DNA from: an uncultured Candidatus Binatia bacterium | GTDB lineage: Bacteria; Desulfobacterota; Binatia; UBA9968; JAJDTQ01 | DNA: 64,000 bases | Reading direction: 5' to 3' | Assembly (NCBI GenBank): GCA_965242525.1 | Contig: OZ251459.1 | Coordinates: 3,136,001 to 3,200,000 of the forward strand | Shown here: piece after piece, positions 37,480 through 47,354 of the stretch | Layout: each line of letters opens with the position of its first letter | Numbering within the stretch: position 1 is the stretch's first letter | The notes under the pieces: model-generated | What the model was told of the DNA's origin: nothing | The model's database searches: none | The model's input: only the letters and a program-made list of their open reading frames with translations | Program-made: the position numbers and the translations under genes

Positions 37480-38729
37480 TGTTTTCTCCCGATGACGACG
37501 AACTCTTTGCCGTAAACCTTGCGCTGGGTCGAATCGCGGGTGAACTGCCCGCGAGCGTTCCGGTATGGAGTCATGATCTTCCACGAAACCTTGCGGGGGA
37601 ATTTTTCCACTTGGCGAAAACCCGCACGTTCCATACGGTCCGCCAAGTGCGCCGCGTTGTCGATCCTGACGCCCTTGTACTCTGTGTTCCCGATGACGAA
37701 AACCGCCATCCCGCCATCGTTCAGCATGTGTCCGCACTTGACGACAGCCTTGTCCATGTCGAGAAAATATCGGGCCACCGAACGCGCCTTGCACCCGTCT
37801 TCACGCAACAGGGCGCGATAGGTCTTCCAGGCGGCCGAGCCGAGTTCCTTGATGGCGCCAGGTTCGAGGGGCTTTACGCCGTGCTGGTTGCCTAGCATGT
37901 TCTTCCGCAGCGTGCGATAGTCGGAGGCGTAGCCCAGCCACAGCGTCGAGAGTTGATGGATATCCGCGTAGTCGTAGGAAGTCACATAGGGTGGACTGGT
38001 CACGATCAGGTCAACCCGGCAGGCCGGTTTCGGTGAGGCCAGGAAATTCCGCGTCCGGAGGCAGACCCGCGGCTTGGGGGCCGGAAACCGATTCTGCCGG
38101 TTTGCTTTCCGCATCAAGGCGAACTGCTCCTCGAACGCCTCCATCACCCCGCGCGGCGACTTGTGCGGGTCGAGTTGGGCCTTGATGGACTTGGTCAGCC
38201 ATCGGGAAGCCGGCTTCAGGATGTTCGAGAAGCCGCAGTGAAAGAATTTTCGATACAGACTATTCATAGGAGTATGTCGCCGGATCGCCTGGTCGAGGCG
38301 GATCAGGTCTTCGATGTTCCGTTCCTCGAACCAATAGCGGATCCGGTCGCTGACTCGTGCACGGCTTTCCGGGGAGGGCTCCGTTCGGTGGAATTCCTCC
38401 TGGATGGCGCCGAAATACCGCGCCAGCAGCGCGTCCCTGTAGTGGCATGTCTTCACTTGCGCGATCAGCGTGGCGACCGGATTGATGTCGCAGCCCCAGA
38501 AATCCTTTCCGTTCCTTTTCGCCTCCACCGCGGTGGTGCCGCACCCGCAGAAAACGTCCGCAACGACCTCCACGTTCACGCCTTCCCGTTCGGCGTACTG
38601 CAGAGCTTTCGTGGTAATGAAGGCGGGGAACTTTGCGGGATAACTATGAATCCTGTGGATCGGTTCTTCTTTGCGGTCCCCGAAATTCCAGTCGCAGGCT
38701 GAATTATTAGAACTGACCATGACTTCCAC
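37476..38729 (-). CDS. DNA methyltransferase, N4-cytosine type (SPPY)
   Basis: HSYPAKF, DVFCGCGT, TSPPY; ATGA overlap with the kinase gene. Start may be the ATG at 38720. Confidence 0.88.
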   Translation of the reverse strand: MEVMVSSNNSACDWNFGDRKEEPIHRIHSYPAKFPAFITTKALQYAEREGVNVEVVADVFCGCGTTAVEAKRNGKDFWGCDINPVATLIAQVKTCHYRDALLARYFGAIQEEFHRTEPSPESRARVSDRIRYWFEERNIEDLIRLDQAIRRHTPMNSLYRKFFHCGFSNILKPASRWLTKSIKAQLDPHKSPRGVMEAFEEQFALMRKANRQNRFPAPKPRVCLRTRNFLASPKPACRVDLIVTSPPYVTSYDYADIHQLSTLWLGYASDYRTLRKNMLGNQHGVKPLEPGAIKELGSAAWKTYRALLREDGCKARSVARYFLDMDKAVVKCGHMLNDGGMAVFVIGNTEYKGVRIDNAAHLADRMERAGFRQVEKFPRKVSWKIMTPYRNARGQFTRDSTQRKVYGKEFVVIGRKQ

Positions 38730-39231
38730 CGTAATCGTATTTCCTCAATGGCTCACGTGGTCCGACTATTGTCGTCCCGCAAGGTCGGACTCGCTTCTCC
38801 AACCCTGGCCTCCACAGTCAACTCCCTTCAACCCGGCCGCTCGGCCGTGAAATCCTCGTCTGTGCACGGCGCCTCCTCTGCGAAGGACTCCCAACTCGGA
38901 AGCGGATGTCCTCCAAGTCGCCGGGAGACCTGGAAACGTCCCGGCACCGGCGGACGAAGCCGCCAGGGGGGTGTTGACCGCAGTGACCCGTTCGTTGAAG
39001 GACTGCGTTTGTCGTCGTCCTGATCGCGCTCTTTGCCTTTGACCTCCGGATGCCGCGTCGCAAGCCCATCCACCGAGTATAGGCCAGCGGGCCGTCCGCC
39101 GCAATTTGCACGGGCGGCGGGGTCACGTCAATGGACGAACATGGGCGGATTCCCGCCGAGACAGTAGCCGTCCCGCTTTGCCAGTGGAACCCCGCTGTGG
39201 TAGGTTCCGCCAAAACCTTTCGGGGGACCCC

Positions 39232-40203
39232 ATGAGCATCGAACGGAGAATTTTCCTCGCGGCGGGCGCAGGGCTGTTGGCAGGGGCGTTGGTCCAGGCG
39301 GCGCCGGCCGCGGCCGGACAGCGGATGGTCTTCGGCGGCGGCCCGGCCGGCGGCACGTTCCAGATCGTGGCCAACTCCATCCAGGTCTATGGTCCGGTCA
39401 AGGCTTCCAGGGACTACAGCGTCAAGGCCCAGTCCTCCGCGGGCTCGGTGGAGAACCTGCGCAAGGTCAACCGGGGCAGGATGCAGTTCGGCGTGGCGTA
39501 CTCCGGCCACGTCTATCTCGGGCGCGAGGGGCGGTTGAAGAACGACGCCAGGAAGTACGAAGACGTGCTCGCCCTCTCGTACCTGTACGGCGCCCCGGCC
39601 CAACTCGTGGTGCGCAAGGGATCGGGCATCGCCAGCGCCCGGGACTTGGCGGGCAGGAAGGTGGCGGTGGGCAACGCGGGCTCCGGCGCCTTCGCCAACT
39701 GCGAACTCTTCTTCACCCACCTGGGGATCTGGGACAAGGTGCAGCGAAACGCCATGGGCTACAACGACGCGGCCGCGGCCTTCGGCAACGGACAGATCGA
39801 CGCCTTCTGGCTCTTTACCGCCTTTCCCAGCGGCGCGGTGGTCATGGCGGCCCAGACGAACGACATCGACCTCGTCGACCTGGAAAAGGACGCCGCGGAA
39901 AGCGGTTTCTTCGAGAAATACCCCTATTTCACCAGGCTCGCCGTGCCCGCGGGCGCCTACCGGGGCGTGGCCCATGCGACGTCCTCCTTCCAGGACTCGA
40001 CCCTCTGGGTCGCCAACGCCCGGACGCCCGCGGACGTGGTGTACGACCTGCTCTCCAAGATCTATTCGGAGGACGGGCTGGCCTACATGCGGCGCCAGAA
40101 GAAGACCTTCGGGGAGATGAGCGTCGAGGACGGCATAAAGGGCATCGTCACCCCCCTGCATCCGGGAGCGCAGCGGTTCTGGAAGGAGAAAGGACTGCTC
40201 TGA
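39232..40203 (+). CDS. TAXI-family TRAP transporter solute-binding subunit
   Basis: Twin-arginine-like leader; GGPAGGTF, SAGSVEN, PLHPGA. Confidence 0.92.
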   Translation: MSIERRIFLAAGAGLLAGALVQAAPAAAGQRMVFGGGPAGGTFQIVANSIQVYGPVKASRDYSVKAQSSAGSVENLRKVNRGRMQFGVAYSGHVYLGREGRLKNDARKYEDVLALSYLYGAPAQLVVRKGSGIASARDLAGRKVAVGNAGSGAFANCELFFTHLGIWDKVQRNAMGYNDAAAAFGNGQIDAFWLFTAFPSGAVVMAAQTNDIDLVDLEKDAAESGFFEKYPYFTRLAVPAGAYRGVAHATSSFQDSTLWVANARTPADVVYDLLSKIYSEDGLAYMRRQKKTFGEMSVEDGIKGIVTPLHPGAQRFWKEKGLL

Positions 40204-40324
40204 GGCCCCGGGGCGTCTCCCCCGCGGTTCCCGCGTGCGAGGGAATCGGGAGGACGGGCCGCGGGACCATGAAGCCGACCGGGCCGCGGGCGGCCAAGGC
40301 CGTGGTCCTGCCGCCTGACCCGTC

Positions 40325-42067
40325 ATGCAGAGACCTCCGGACAGGTTCGACCGGCTGAACCGGGTGGAGCAGCGGGCGTTCGACGTCCTGTCGGTCGCCC
40401 TGGTGCTCTTCTACTCATACTCCGCGGTGCTCGCTCCCGCGGCGACCCAGTACCACCGCGGCATCTACATCCTCATCACCTACGTGCTGGTCTTCCTGCT
40501 CTACCGCGCCCGCGGGCGGCTGGGCCGGGCCGTCGATTACGCGCTCATGGCCGCGTCCGCGGCGTGCATCGGCTACTGGATGCTGCACTTCGAGGCCATC
40601 AACTACCGGGCCGGGGCCGAGACCCCGGTGGACCGATGGGTGGCGGTGGCGGGCGTGCTGCTGGGCGTGGAGCTGGCCCGCCGGGTGGTGGGCAACGTGT
40701 TCGTGGTCCTGGGCGCGGCCATGCTGCTCTACGGCGTGTACGGCGCGTATGCGCCCGACCCGGTCTCCCACGCCGGCGACACCTTTCCCGAACTCTGCAC
40801 CAGCATCTTCTACAAGAGCGACGGCGTCTTCGGCATCATGGCCAACGTGCTGGCCACCTACGTGATCCTGTTCGTGGTCTTCGGCGCCTTCCTGGAAGCC
40901 AGCGGCGCCCAGCGCTTCTTCGTGGACTTTCCCCTGGCCGCGGTGGGCCACACCGTGGGCGGCCCGGCCAAGGTGGCGGTGATCACCAGCGGCCTGTTCG
41001 GCTCCATCTCCGGCAGCGCCATCGCCAATACCGTCTCCACCGGCAGCTTCACCATCCCCATGATGAAGAAGGCCGGCTTCCAGCCCCACGTGGCCGGCGG
41101 CATCGAACCCGCGGCCTCCATCGGCGGCATGTTCATGCCCCCCATCATGGGCGCCGGCGGCTTCCTCATGGCGGAGCTCACCGGCGAACCCTACTCCACC
41201 ATCATGCTGGTCTCCCTCTTTCCGGCGCTCATGTACTTCTTCAGCGTCTTCGTCATGGTCCACTACGAGGCCAAGGGCCGCCGCATCCGCGGCGAAGACC
41301 CGCAGATGGACGCGGCGGCGATACTCCGACGGGGCTGGTTCTACCTCCTGCCCCTGACGGTCATCACCGCCCTGATGCTCGTGGGCTACTCGCCCGGCTA
41401 CGCCGCGGTGATGGGGCTCGCGGCCTGCGCCGCGGTGAGCTGGTTCCGCAGGGACACCCGCATGGACCCGCGCGGATTCGTGGAGGCCGCCCGGGCCGGC
41501 GCCGCCAACAGCCTCGCCATCGGCGCCACCGTGGGGGTCATCGGCATCGTCATCGGCGTGCTCACCTACAGCGGACTGGTGCTCACCTTCGCCGACATCG
41601 TCATCGCCCTGGCTGACGGCCGGCTCTGGCTCGCCATCCTGCTCATCGCCCTGGCGTCGCTGGTCCTGGGCATGGGCGTGCCGGTGACCGCGGCCTACCT
41701 GATTACCGCGGTGGTGGCGGTACCGCCCCTGACCGCCCTGGGCGTCAACCCCATCGCCGCGCACATGATCGTCTATTGGCTGTCCCAGGACTCCAACATC
41801 ACGCCGCCGGTGTGCATCGCCGCCTTCACCGGCGCCGCCATCGCCAGGGCCGACATGTGGAAGACCGCCTTCACCGCCCTCCGGTTCGCCAAGTTCCTCT
41901 ACCTGGCGCCCTTCCTCTTCGCCTACGTGCCGGCCTTCTCCCTGGACGGCAGCGCCTCCCAAGTCCTGACCGCCTTCCCGCTCATCGCCGTCGGCGTCTG
42001 GGCCTACGCCTGGCTCCTGAGCGGCATCTGGCTCCGCAGGTCCGGGAGCACGCCGGCAACGGGCTAA
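40325..42067 (+). CDS. TRAP transporter fused permease (4TM/12TM)
   Basis: GGPAKVAV, SGSAIAN, MPPIMGA, ITPPVC. Confidence 0.92.
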   Translation: MQRPPDRFDRLNRVEQRAFDVLSVALVLFYSYSAVLAPAATQYHRGIYILITYVLVFLLYRARGRLGRAVDYALMAASAACIGYWMLHFEAINYRAGAETPVDRWVAVAGVLLGVELARRVVGNVFVVLGAAMLLYGVYGAYAPDPVSHAGDTFPELCTSIFYKSDGVFGIMANVLATYVILFVVFGAFLEASGAQRFFVDFPLAAVGHTVGGPAKVAVITSGLFGSISGSAIANTVSTGSFTIPMMKKAGFQPHVAGGIEPAASIGGMFMPPIMGAGGFLMAELTGEPYSTIMLVSLFPALMYFFSVFVMVHYEAKGRRIRGEDPQMDAAAILRRGWFYLLPLTVITALMLVGYSPGYAAVMGLAACAAVSWFRRDTRMDPRGFVEAARAGAANSLAIGATVGVIGIVIGVLTYSGLVLTFADIVIALADGRLWLAILLIALASLVLGMGVPVTAAYLITAVVAVPPLTALGVNPIAAHMIVYWLSQDSNITPPVCIAAFTGAAIARADMWKTAFTALRFAKFLYLAPFLFAYVPAFSLDGSASQVLTAFPLIAVGVWAYAWLLSGIWLRRSGSTPATG

Positions 42068-42136
42068 GGCCCCCGGCCGGAGGCGTGGGCCGTCCTGTGG
42101 ATTCCGGCACGGTGTTTGCGGGTTGACTTACCGAGC

Positions 42137-42199
42137 GGAACCCTGAGCAACGAGTCCCGTTCGTCCTGAGCGTAGCGAAGCGAAGTCGAAGGACGCGCT
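42137..42199 (+). repeat. Truncated MITE (left TIR + core)
   Basis: GGAACCCTGAGCAA followed by a full core. Confidence 0.7.
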
Positions 42200-42237
42200 C
42201 TTCGAGCTGCCGCCAATCCGGTCATCCGGTTCGGGCG

Positions 42238-42690
42238 TCAGCCGCCGCCGGGGAAGACCGTCCGTAGCGCCTCGTTGCGGTAGGCGAATATCTTGCGCAG
42301 GTCCCGGGCCACGAACAGGCGCTGCGCCAGGACGCCGCCCGGCGCCGCGTATTGCACTTCGTCCCGGGCCAGCGTACCGCGGTCGGACGGCGCGAACGTG
42401 TGTTCATGGATCCAGCGGCGGTACGGCCCCCGGCGCTGCTCGTCCACGAACCCGTGCGGCGGATCCCACCGCGTGATCTCGCTCTGCCAACGCATGGGCA
42501 GCCCGTGCAGCCGGATCCGGTAGTCGATGAGTGTGCCCACCCGCATCTCGACGGGGCGCGGCGTCAGGACCCGGAACCGCAGCGCCGGGGGCGTCAGCCG
42601 CTCCAGGTTGAACGCGTCCGCAAAGAACGGGAACACTTCGTCCGGCGGCGCCGGCAGCCAGACTTGGTTCCGGAAGGTGAAGAGTCTCAT
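42238..42690 (-). CDS. SRPBCC family protein
   Basis: VFPFF...NLERLTPP, FVDEQRRGPY-x-RW-x-HEH. Confidence 0.88.
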   Translation of the reverse strand: MRLFTFRNQVWLPAPPDEVFPFFADAFNLERLTPPALRFRVLTPRPVEMRVGTLIDYRIRLHGLPMRWQSEITRWDPPHGFVDEQRRGPYRRWIHEHTFAPSDRGTLARDEVQYAAPGGVLAQRLFVARDLRKIFAYRNEALRTVFPGGG

Positions 42691-42772
42691 GCGACGGCCC
42701 TGGCGGAATGCCCGGCGAGTCTATCAGTCCCGCCGACCTGAATCGATGAGCATGACCGGATCTCGCGTTCCG

Positions 42773-44266
42773 TTACGGCGCGCTGGCCGGCGGCCGGCGG
42801 TGGCGGGTCGCCTGCTCGTAGGCGTAGGCGAGTCCGATCATGCGGCCGTCGTCGTACGGTCGTCCGAGGAAACTGATGCCCGCGGGGAGGCCGTCCGAGG
42901 TGAAACCCGCGGGCACGGCCACCGTGGGCACGTACACCAGAAACGTGTTCAGGTGGGGCGCTCCCTTGTGGTTCACGTAGGGCGGCTTCACTCCTTCGCT
43001 GATGAGCGTGGGCTGGTGCTCCACCGACTTGTGCACCACCGCGTCCAGCCGGTGGTCGGCCATGGCCTTCAGCAGGTGGACCATGAGGTGGTCCCGAGCA
43101 AGCAGGTACCGGTAGTGGTCCTCGGGGCTGGCGCCGGCCATCAGCCGCTTTCGGGTAGGTTCCGACAGCCGGTGGAAATCCGGCGCCCGCAGAACCTCCC
43201 CGCGGCTCCGGTACGGCGGGTTCGCGCTGCGGGACATATAGACCTCGAAGGCTTCCTCTCCCGCGGTGGGGCTGGCGCAGCGTGTGGCCAGCAACTCGTT
43301 CAGCCGGGGCAGCGCCACCGGGTCCACCAACTCAGCGCCGGCGTCCCGCAATTCCGCCACCGCCCGGTCGAACACCGCGGCGACGCTCCGGAAGTCGTCT
43401 GAACCGGGCTCGACGTTGTAGCCCATGGGTTCCCGCAGGATGCCGATGCGCGCGCCCCGCAGGGCGTCCGCGTCCAGGAAGTCGGCGTAGCTCCGGGGCG
43501 CATGGCCCACGCCCCTGGCGGTCAGCGGGTCCTCCGGGTCGTAGCCCACCATCACGTCCAGCAGCACCGCCATGTCCCGGACCGTGCGCGCCATGGGTCC
43601 CAGGGACCCCGCCTCCTGGGGCCACCCGGAGTACACCCCGCTGCGGCTCACCAGGCCGGCGGTGGGGCGCATGCCCGCGATGCAGTTCCAGGTGGAGGGC
43701 CGGCGGATGGACGCCAGCCCCTCCTGGCCCACCCCCAGGGTCCCGAGGTTGGCGGAAACCGCGGCCCCGGAGCCGCCCGACGAGCCGCCCACGGTCCGCC
43801 GGAGGTCGTAGGGGTTGCGGGTGGAGCCGAACAGCGAGCCGTGGGTGTCGCCGCCGCCCAGCTCGCCCAACGTGGTCTTCGCCAGCACGATGGCCCCGGC
43901 CTGCTTGAGCTTCTCCACCACCCGGCAGTCCCGGTCGGGGTAGTAGTCCGCGAACAGCACCGACCCCAAGGTGGTGGGCGTCCCCCTGAGGTCCGCCTGG
44001 TCCTTGACCAGCACCGGAATGCCGTGGAGCGGCCCCACCGGCCCGGACCTCTCGAACGCGGCGTCCAGCCGGTCCGCCTCCTCCAGGGCCGCGGGGTTCA
44101 CGGTGATGACCGAGTTGATCTTGGGGCCGCTTCGGTCGTATGCCTCGATGCGGTCGAGGTACGCCTGCGTCAGTTGCCGCGCGGTGAGGCCGCCCGCGGC
44201 ATACGCGCCGTGGACGCCGCCGATGGTTGCCTCCTGCAACGTGAACGATCCCGTATCCGTGCTCAT
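42773..44266 (-). CDS. Amidase signature family protein
   Basis: PLHGIPVLVKD, GGSSGGSG, SIRRP. Confidence 0.92.
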   Translation of the reverse strand: MSTDTGSFTLQEATIGGVHGAYAAGGLTARQLTQAYLDRIEAYDRSGPKINSVITVNPAALEEADRLDAAFERSGPVGPLHGIPVLVKDQADLRGTPTTLGSVLFADYYPDRDCRVVEKLKQAGAIVLAKTTLGELGGGDTHGSLFGSTRNPYDLRRTVGGSSGGSGAAVSANLGTLGVGQEGLASIRRPSTWNCIAGMRPTAGLVSRSGVYSGWPQEAGSLGPMARTVRDMAVLLDVMVGYDPEDPLTARGVGHAPRSYADFLDADALRGARIGILREPMGYNVEPGSDDFRSVAAVFDRAVAELRDAGAELVDPVALPRLNELLATRCASPTAGEEAFEVYMSRSANPPYRSRGEVLRAPDFHRLSEPTRKRLMAGASPEDHYRYLLARDHLMVHLLKAMADHRLDAVVHKSVEHQPTLISEGVKPPYVNHKGAPHLNTFLVYVPTVAVPAGFTSDGLPAGISFLGRPYDDGRMIGLAYAYEQATRHRRPPASAP

Positions 44267-44286
44267 GCCTTGCCTCCGTATGGTTC

Positions 44287-44397
44287 GGAAACCCCGAACG
44301 ATTCCGGCTCGAACTCCCTCTCCCTTTGGGGAAGCGCGTCCTTCGACTTCGCTTCGCTACGCTCAGGACGAACGGGGGTAATCGTTCAGGGTTTTCC
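44287..44397. mobile_element. MITE-like element
   Basis: GGAAACCCCGAACGAT...ATCGTTCAGGGTTTTCC. Exact duplication GTTC (44283-44286, 44398-44401). Confidence 0.85.
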
Positions 44398-44653
44398 GTT
44401 CGTTTCAATGCAAAAGTGTATGGCCACGGCCGCGGCCGGCTCCACCGGAACGTGTCCCGCGTGGACCCGTCCCGCGGTGGAACCCCCCATGCGGCGGGAA
44501 GCGGTCCGCGGCGGTTGGTGGCCGTTCCCCGAACGGTGTATCACTATCCGGGCTGGTTTCACACGCATGTGTCCGCAACCCGTGGAGGAAGGTCGTGCAG
44601 GCAGAAACCGGGAGCGAGTCGAGCCCATCGCGTCCGCAAGCGGCGCCGGGGCC

Positions 44654-46093
44654 ATGACGCCGCGGGCGCCCGCTTCGCCGTGGTCGCAGCCGACCCTGCT
44701 CATCGCCGGGTTCAGCGGCCTGCTGGCCTCCCTCGACACCTCCGTCAACATCGCGTTCCCAGCCATCACGCGCACGTTCTCCATCGACCTCATGGCCATC
44801 CAGTGGGTGGTGGTGAGCTACGTGCTGACCTATGCCAGCCTCCTGCTGGGCTGCGGCCGCCTGGCGGACATGTTCGGCCACCGGCGCATCCTCGCCCTCG
44901 GCCTCCTGACCAGCGCCGGGGCCTTCCTCGTGTGCGGCGCCGCCCGGACCTTTGCCTGGCTGCTCATGGGTCGGGTGCTCCAGGGCCTGGGCGCGGCGCT
45001 GGTGTTCGGCTCCGCCCCGGCGCTGGTGACCCTGGCCGTGGGCGCGGCCGAGCGCGGAAGGGCGCTGGGCTTCTACCAGATGAACCTGGCCGCGGGATTC
45101 GCCCTGGGGCCGCTGCTGGGGGGCGTGCTGGTGGACGCCTTCGGGTGGCGCGGCGTGTACCTCTACCGGACGCTGCCCGCGCTGCTCCTGGCTTGGTTCG
45201 CCTCGAGGCAGGTCCGGTCCGCACGGCGCCCGGCCAACGGCGAACGGTTTGATCTCCTGGGCGCGGCCACCCTGACCCTGGGCATCGCCGGCCTGCTCCT
45301 GGCGGTGAGCCGGAGCCGCGACCTGGGCTGGACCTCCCCGGAGGTCCTGGTCCTCGCCGTCGCCGCGGCCGCAAGCCTCTCGGTCTTCCTCGTGACCGAG
45401 AAACGGGTCGCCGCCCCGGTGGTCCACATCGACCTGTTCCGCCGGCCGGCGTTCACCCTCGCCAACCTGCTCACCCTGCTGGCCAACGGCACCCGGTTCC
45501 CCATCGGCTTGCTGGTGCCCTACTATGCGGTGAACGTGCTAGGCTACCCGGCCACCATGGGCGGCTTCCTGCTGTTTCCGGCCGCGGTGATGACCACCGT
45601 TGCCGCGGCCTTCGCCGGCAGGCTGTCCGACCGGGTGGGAACGGCCGGCCTGAGCTCCGCGGGCTTGGCCGTACAGTCGGTGGGACTGTGGCTGGCCACC
45701 GGCCTGGACGCGAGTTCCGGTTACGCCGCCGCGGCCTTTGCCCTGGGCTTGGTGGGACTCGGCCTGGGGACGTTCCAGGCGCCCAACATGAGCTTCGTCA
45801 TGGGCGCCATCCCCCGCGCCCACCAGGGCGTGGCCGGCGGCATCAACCAGATGATGCGCACCTTCGGCATCGTCCTCGGCGTCACCGGAGCGAGCCTCCT
45901 GTTCGAGCGCCAGCGCGCCTTCCATGCCCACCTGGGAGAGGTCGACGCCTTCGTGGCCGCCTTCCAGCAGGTCTTCCTGGCCGCGGCCGGCCTGTGCGCC
46001 GCAGCCGCGGCCGCCTCCCTGTTCCGCCGCGGAGGAGACGGGACGACGCCCCGCGCGCGCAGACCTGAACCGACGCCGCCGGCGCCCTCCTGA
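44654..46093 (+). CDS. MFS transporter (DHA2/EmrB-like, 14 TM)
   Basis: LDTSVNIAFP, GRLADMFG, GPLLGG, GRLSDRVG. Confidence 0.9.
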   Translation: MTPRAPASPWSQPTLLIAGFSGLLASLDTSVNIAFPAITRTFSIDLMAIQWVVVSYVLTYASLLLGCGRLADMFGHRRILALGLLTSAGAFLVCGAARTFAWLLMGRVLQGLGAALVFGSAPALVTLAVGAAERGRALGFYQMNLAAGFALGPLLGGVLVDAFGWRGVYLYRTLPALLLAWFASRQVRSARRPANGERFDLLGAATLTLGIAGLLLAVSRSRDLGWTSPEVLVLAVAAAASLSVFLVTEKRVAAPVVHIDLFRRPAFTLANLLTLLANGTRFPIGLLVPYYAVNVLGYPATMGGFLLFPAAVMTTVAAAFAGRLSDRVGTAGLSSAGLAVQSVGLWLATGLDASSGYAAAAFALGLVGLGLGTFQAPNMSFVMGAIPRAHQGVAGGINQMMRTFGIVLGVTGASLLFERQRAFHAHLGEVDAFVAAFQQVFLAAAGLCAAAAAASLFRRGGDGTTPRARRPEPTPPAPS

Positions 46094-46108
46094 CCGGCAA
46101 CGGACCGC

Positions 46109-46180
46109 GGCTCTTCCGGCTTATCGGACCTCATCGCGTGGGAGGGGAAGATCACAGCCCACACGAAATATCGAAGCGCC
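46109..46180. mobile_element. 72-bp putative MITE of a second family
   Basis: Starts GGCTCTTCCGGCTT and ends CCCACACGAAATATCGAAGCGCC, matching the 3630/5969 motif. Confidence 0.5.
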
Positions 46181-46231
46181 CAAATTGACACTTGGCGCGC
46201 GCAGACCTAAACGTAGCCTGTGGGTATTTCC

Positions 46232-46374
46232 GGAACCCTTGAACAACGAACCCCGTTCGTCCTGAGCGTAGCGAAGCGAAGTACTCCGTCCATCCTGAGC
46301 GTAGCGAAGCGAAGTCGAAGGACGCGCTTTCCCATAGAGACAGGGAACTCAAGCCGGAATGGACCAAGCGTTCC
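46232..46374. mobile_element. MITE-like element with two cores, flanked by a 25-bp imperfect direct repeat
   Basis: GGAACCCTTGAACAA start, degenerate right TIR. Flanks 46207-46231 and 46375-46399 match at 21/25. Confidence 0.7.
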
Positions 46375-46428
46375 CTGAACGTAGCCTATGGGTGTTTTCA
46401 CGAATCCGTCACGAAGGAGGGCAACGCC

Positions 46429-46776
46429 ATGAGCATCGAACGCATCCAACCGGGGGCATGGAACAGCCGTGCGGTGGCGCACGGCGGCCTGGTGTTCCTG
46501 TCCGGCATGGTGGCCGACGACAAGTCGCTGTCCATGAAGGGGCAGACGCAGCAGGTGCTGGCCAGGATCGACGACGCCCTGGCCGCGGCCGGGACCGACA
46601 AGTCGCGCATCCTGACGGCCACGGTCTATTTGGCGGACATGGCCGGGAAGGACGAGATGAACGAGGCATGGATGGCCTGGATGGACCGGGAGAACCCGCC
46701 GGCGCGGGCGGCCGTAGGCGCGGCCCTCACACCGGGCACCCTGGTGGAAATCATGGTGTGCGCCGCAAGGCGGTAA
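46429..46776 (+). CDS. RidA/YjgF family protein (YoaB-like)
   Basis: VFLSGMVA, QTQQVLARID, MNEAW, PPARA, LVEI. Confidence 0.92.
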   Translation: MSIERIQPGAWNSRAVAHGGLVFLSGMVADDKSLSMKGQTQQVLARIDDALAAAGTDKSRILTATVYLADMAGKDEMNEAWMAWMDRENPPARAAVGAALTPGTLVEIMVCAARR

Positions 46777-46799
46777 GCGGTTGGGGAGTGCCGACGGCG

Positions 46800-47354
46800 T
46801 CAGGGCGCGTGCGAGCCGGTCCGCAGGACGTAGTCCAACTCTTCCACCACCGCCAGCTTGCCGGACCAGCGATACAGGTAGGATCAGTTCAGGCTCTCCC
46901 GGTTCCGCTCGACGACCCTGGCGGCGTCGTCGAAGTCCCGGTCCCTGCCGACCTTGAGCTTCATCAGGATCAGGTCCTCCGGGGCAGGAAACCACAGGAG
47001 GCGCCCGGCAAAGGTCTCCTGACGGCGACGGCGCAGGACGTTGCGATCATGGGCATCGCGGGGACGGAGAAAGTCCACGTGCAGGTTCTCCATGCGGCAG
47101 CGGACCATCACGCCGCGCAGGAGCGGGTTCAGTTCCAGGAATTGGGGCTGCGGCTGGAGTCCTCGCTCCCCTGCCAGAGTGATCAACTCGTCGAACCGGG
47201 ATCCATGGCCTCCTACCAGCAAGTCGATGTCGAGCGTCGCCCGGTTGACGCCCCACACGTTGCCGGCAAAACCGCCGACCACCGCATAGGGAAGCGGGAC
47301 CACGCGGAAAAGACGCAACAGCAGCGACAAGGTCCGATCAACGATGTCGGCCAT
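46800..47354 (-). pseudogene. Nucleotidyltransferase (DUF6036/AbiEii-like) interrupted by an in-frame TGA at 46884-46886
   Basis: VVGGFA...RATLDIDL, PEDLILMKL...RDRDFDD. Reading through the TGA gives SYLYRWSGKLAVVEELDYVL, a plausible family C-terminus. Confidence 0.7.

Noticed and set aside
46884-46886. Selenocysteine recoding of the in-frame TGA
   Set aside because: The position is not a catalytic Cys context and no convincing SECIS hairpin follows; a nonsense mutation is simpler.
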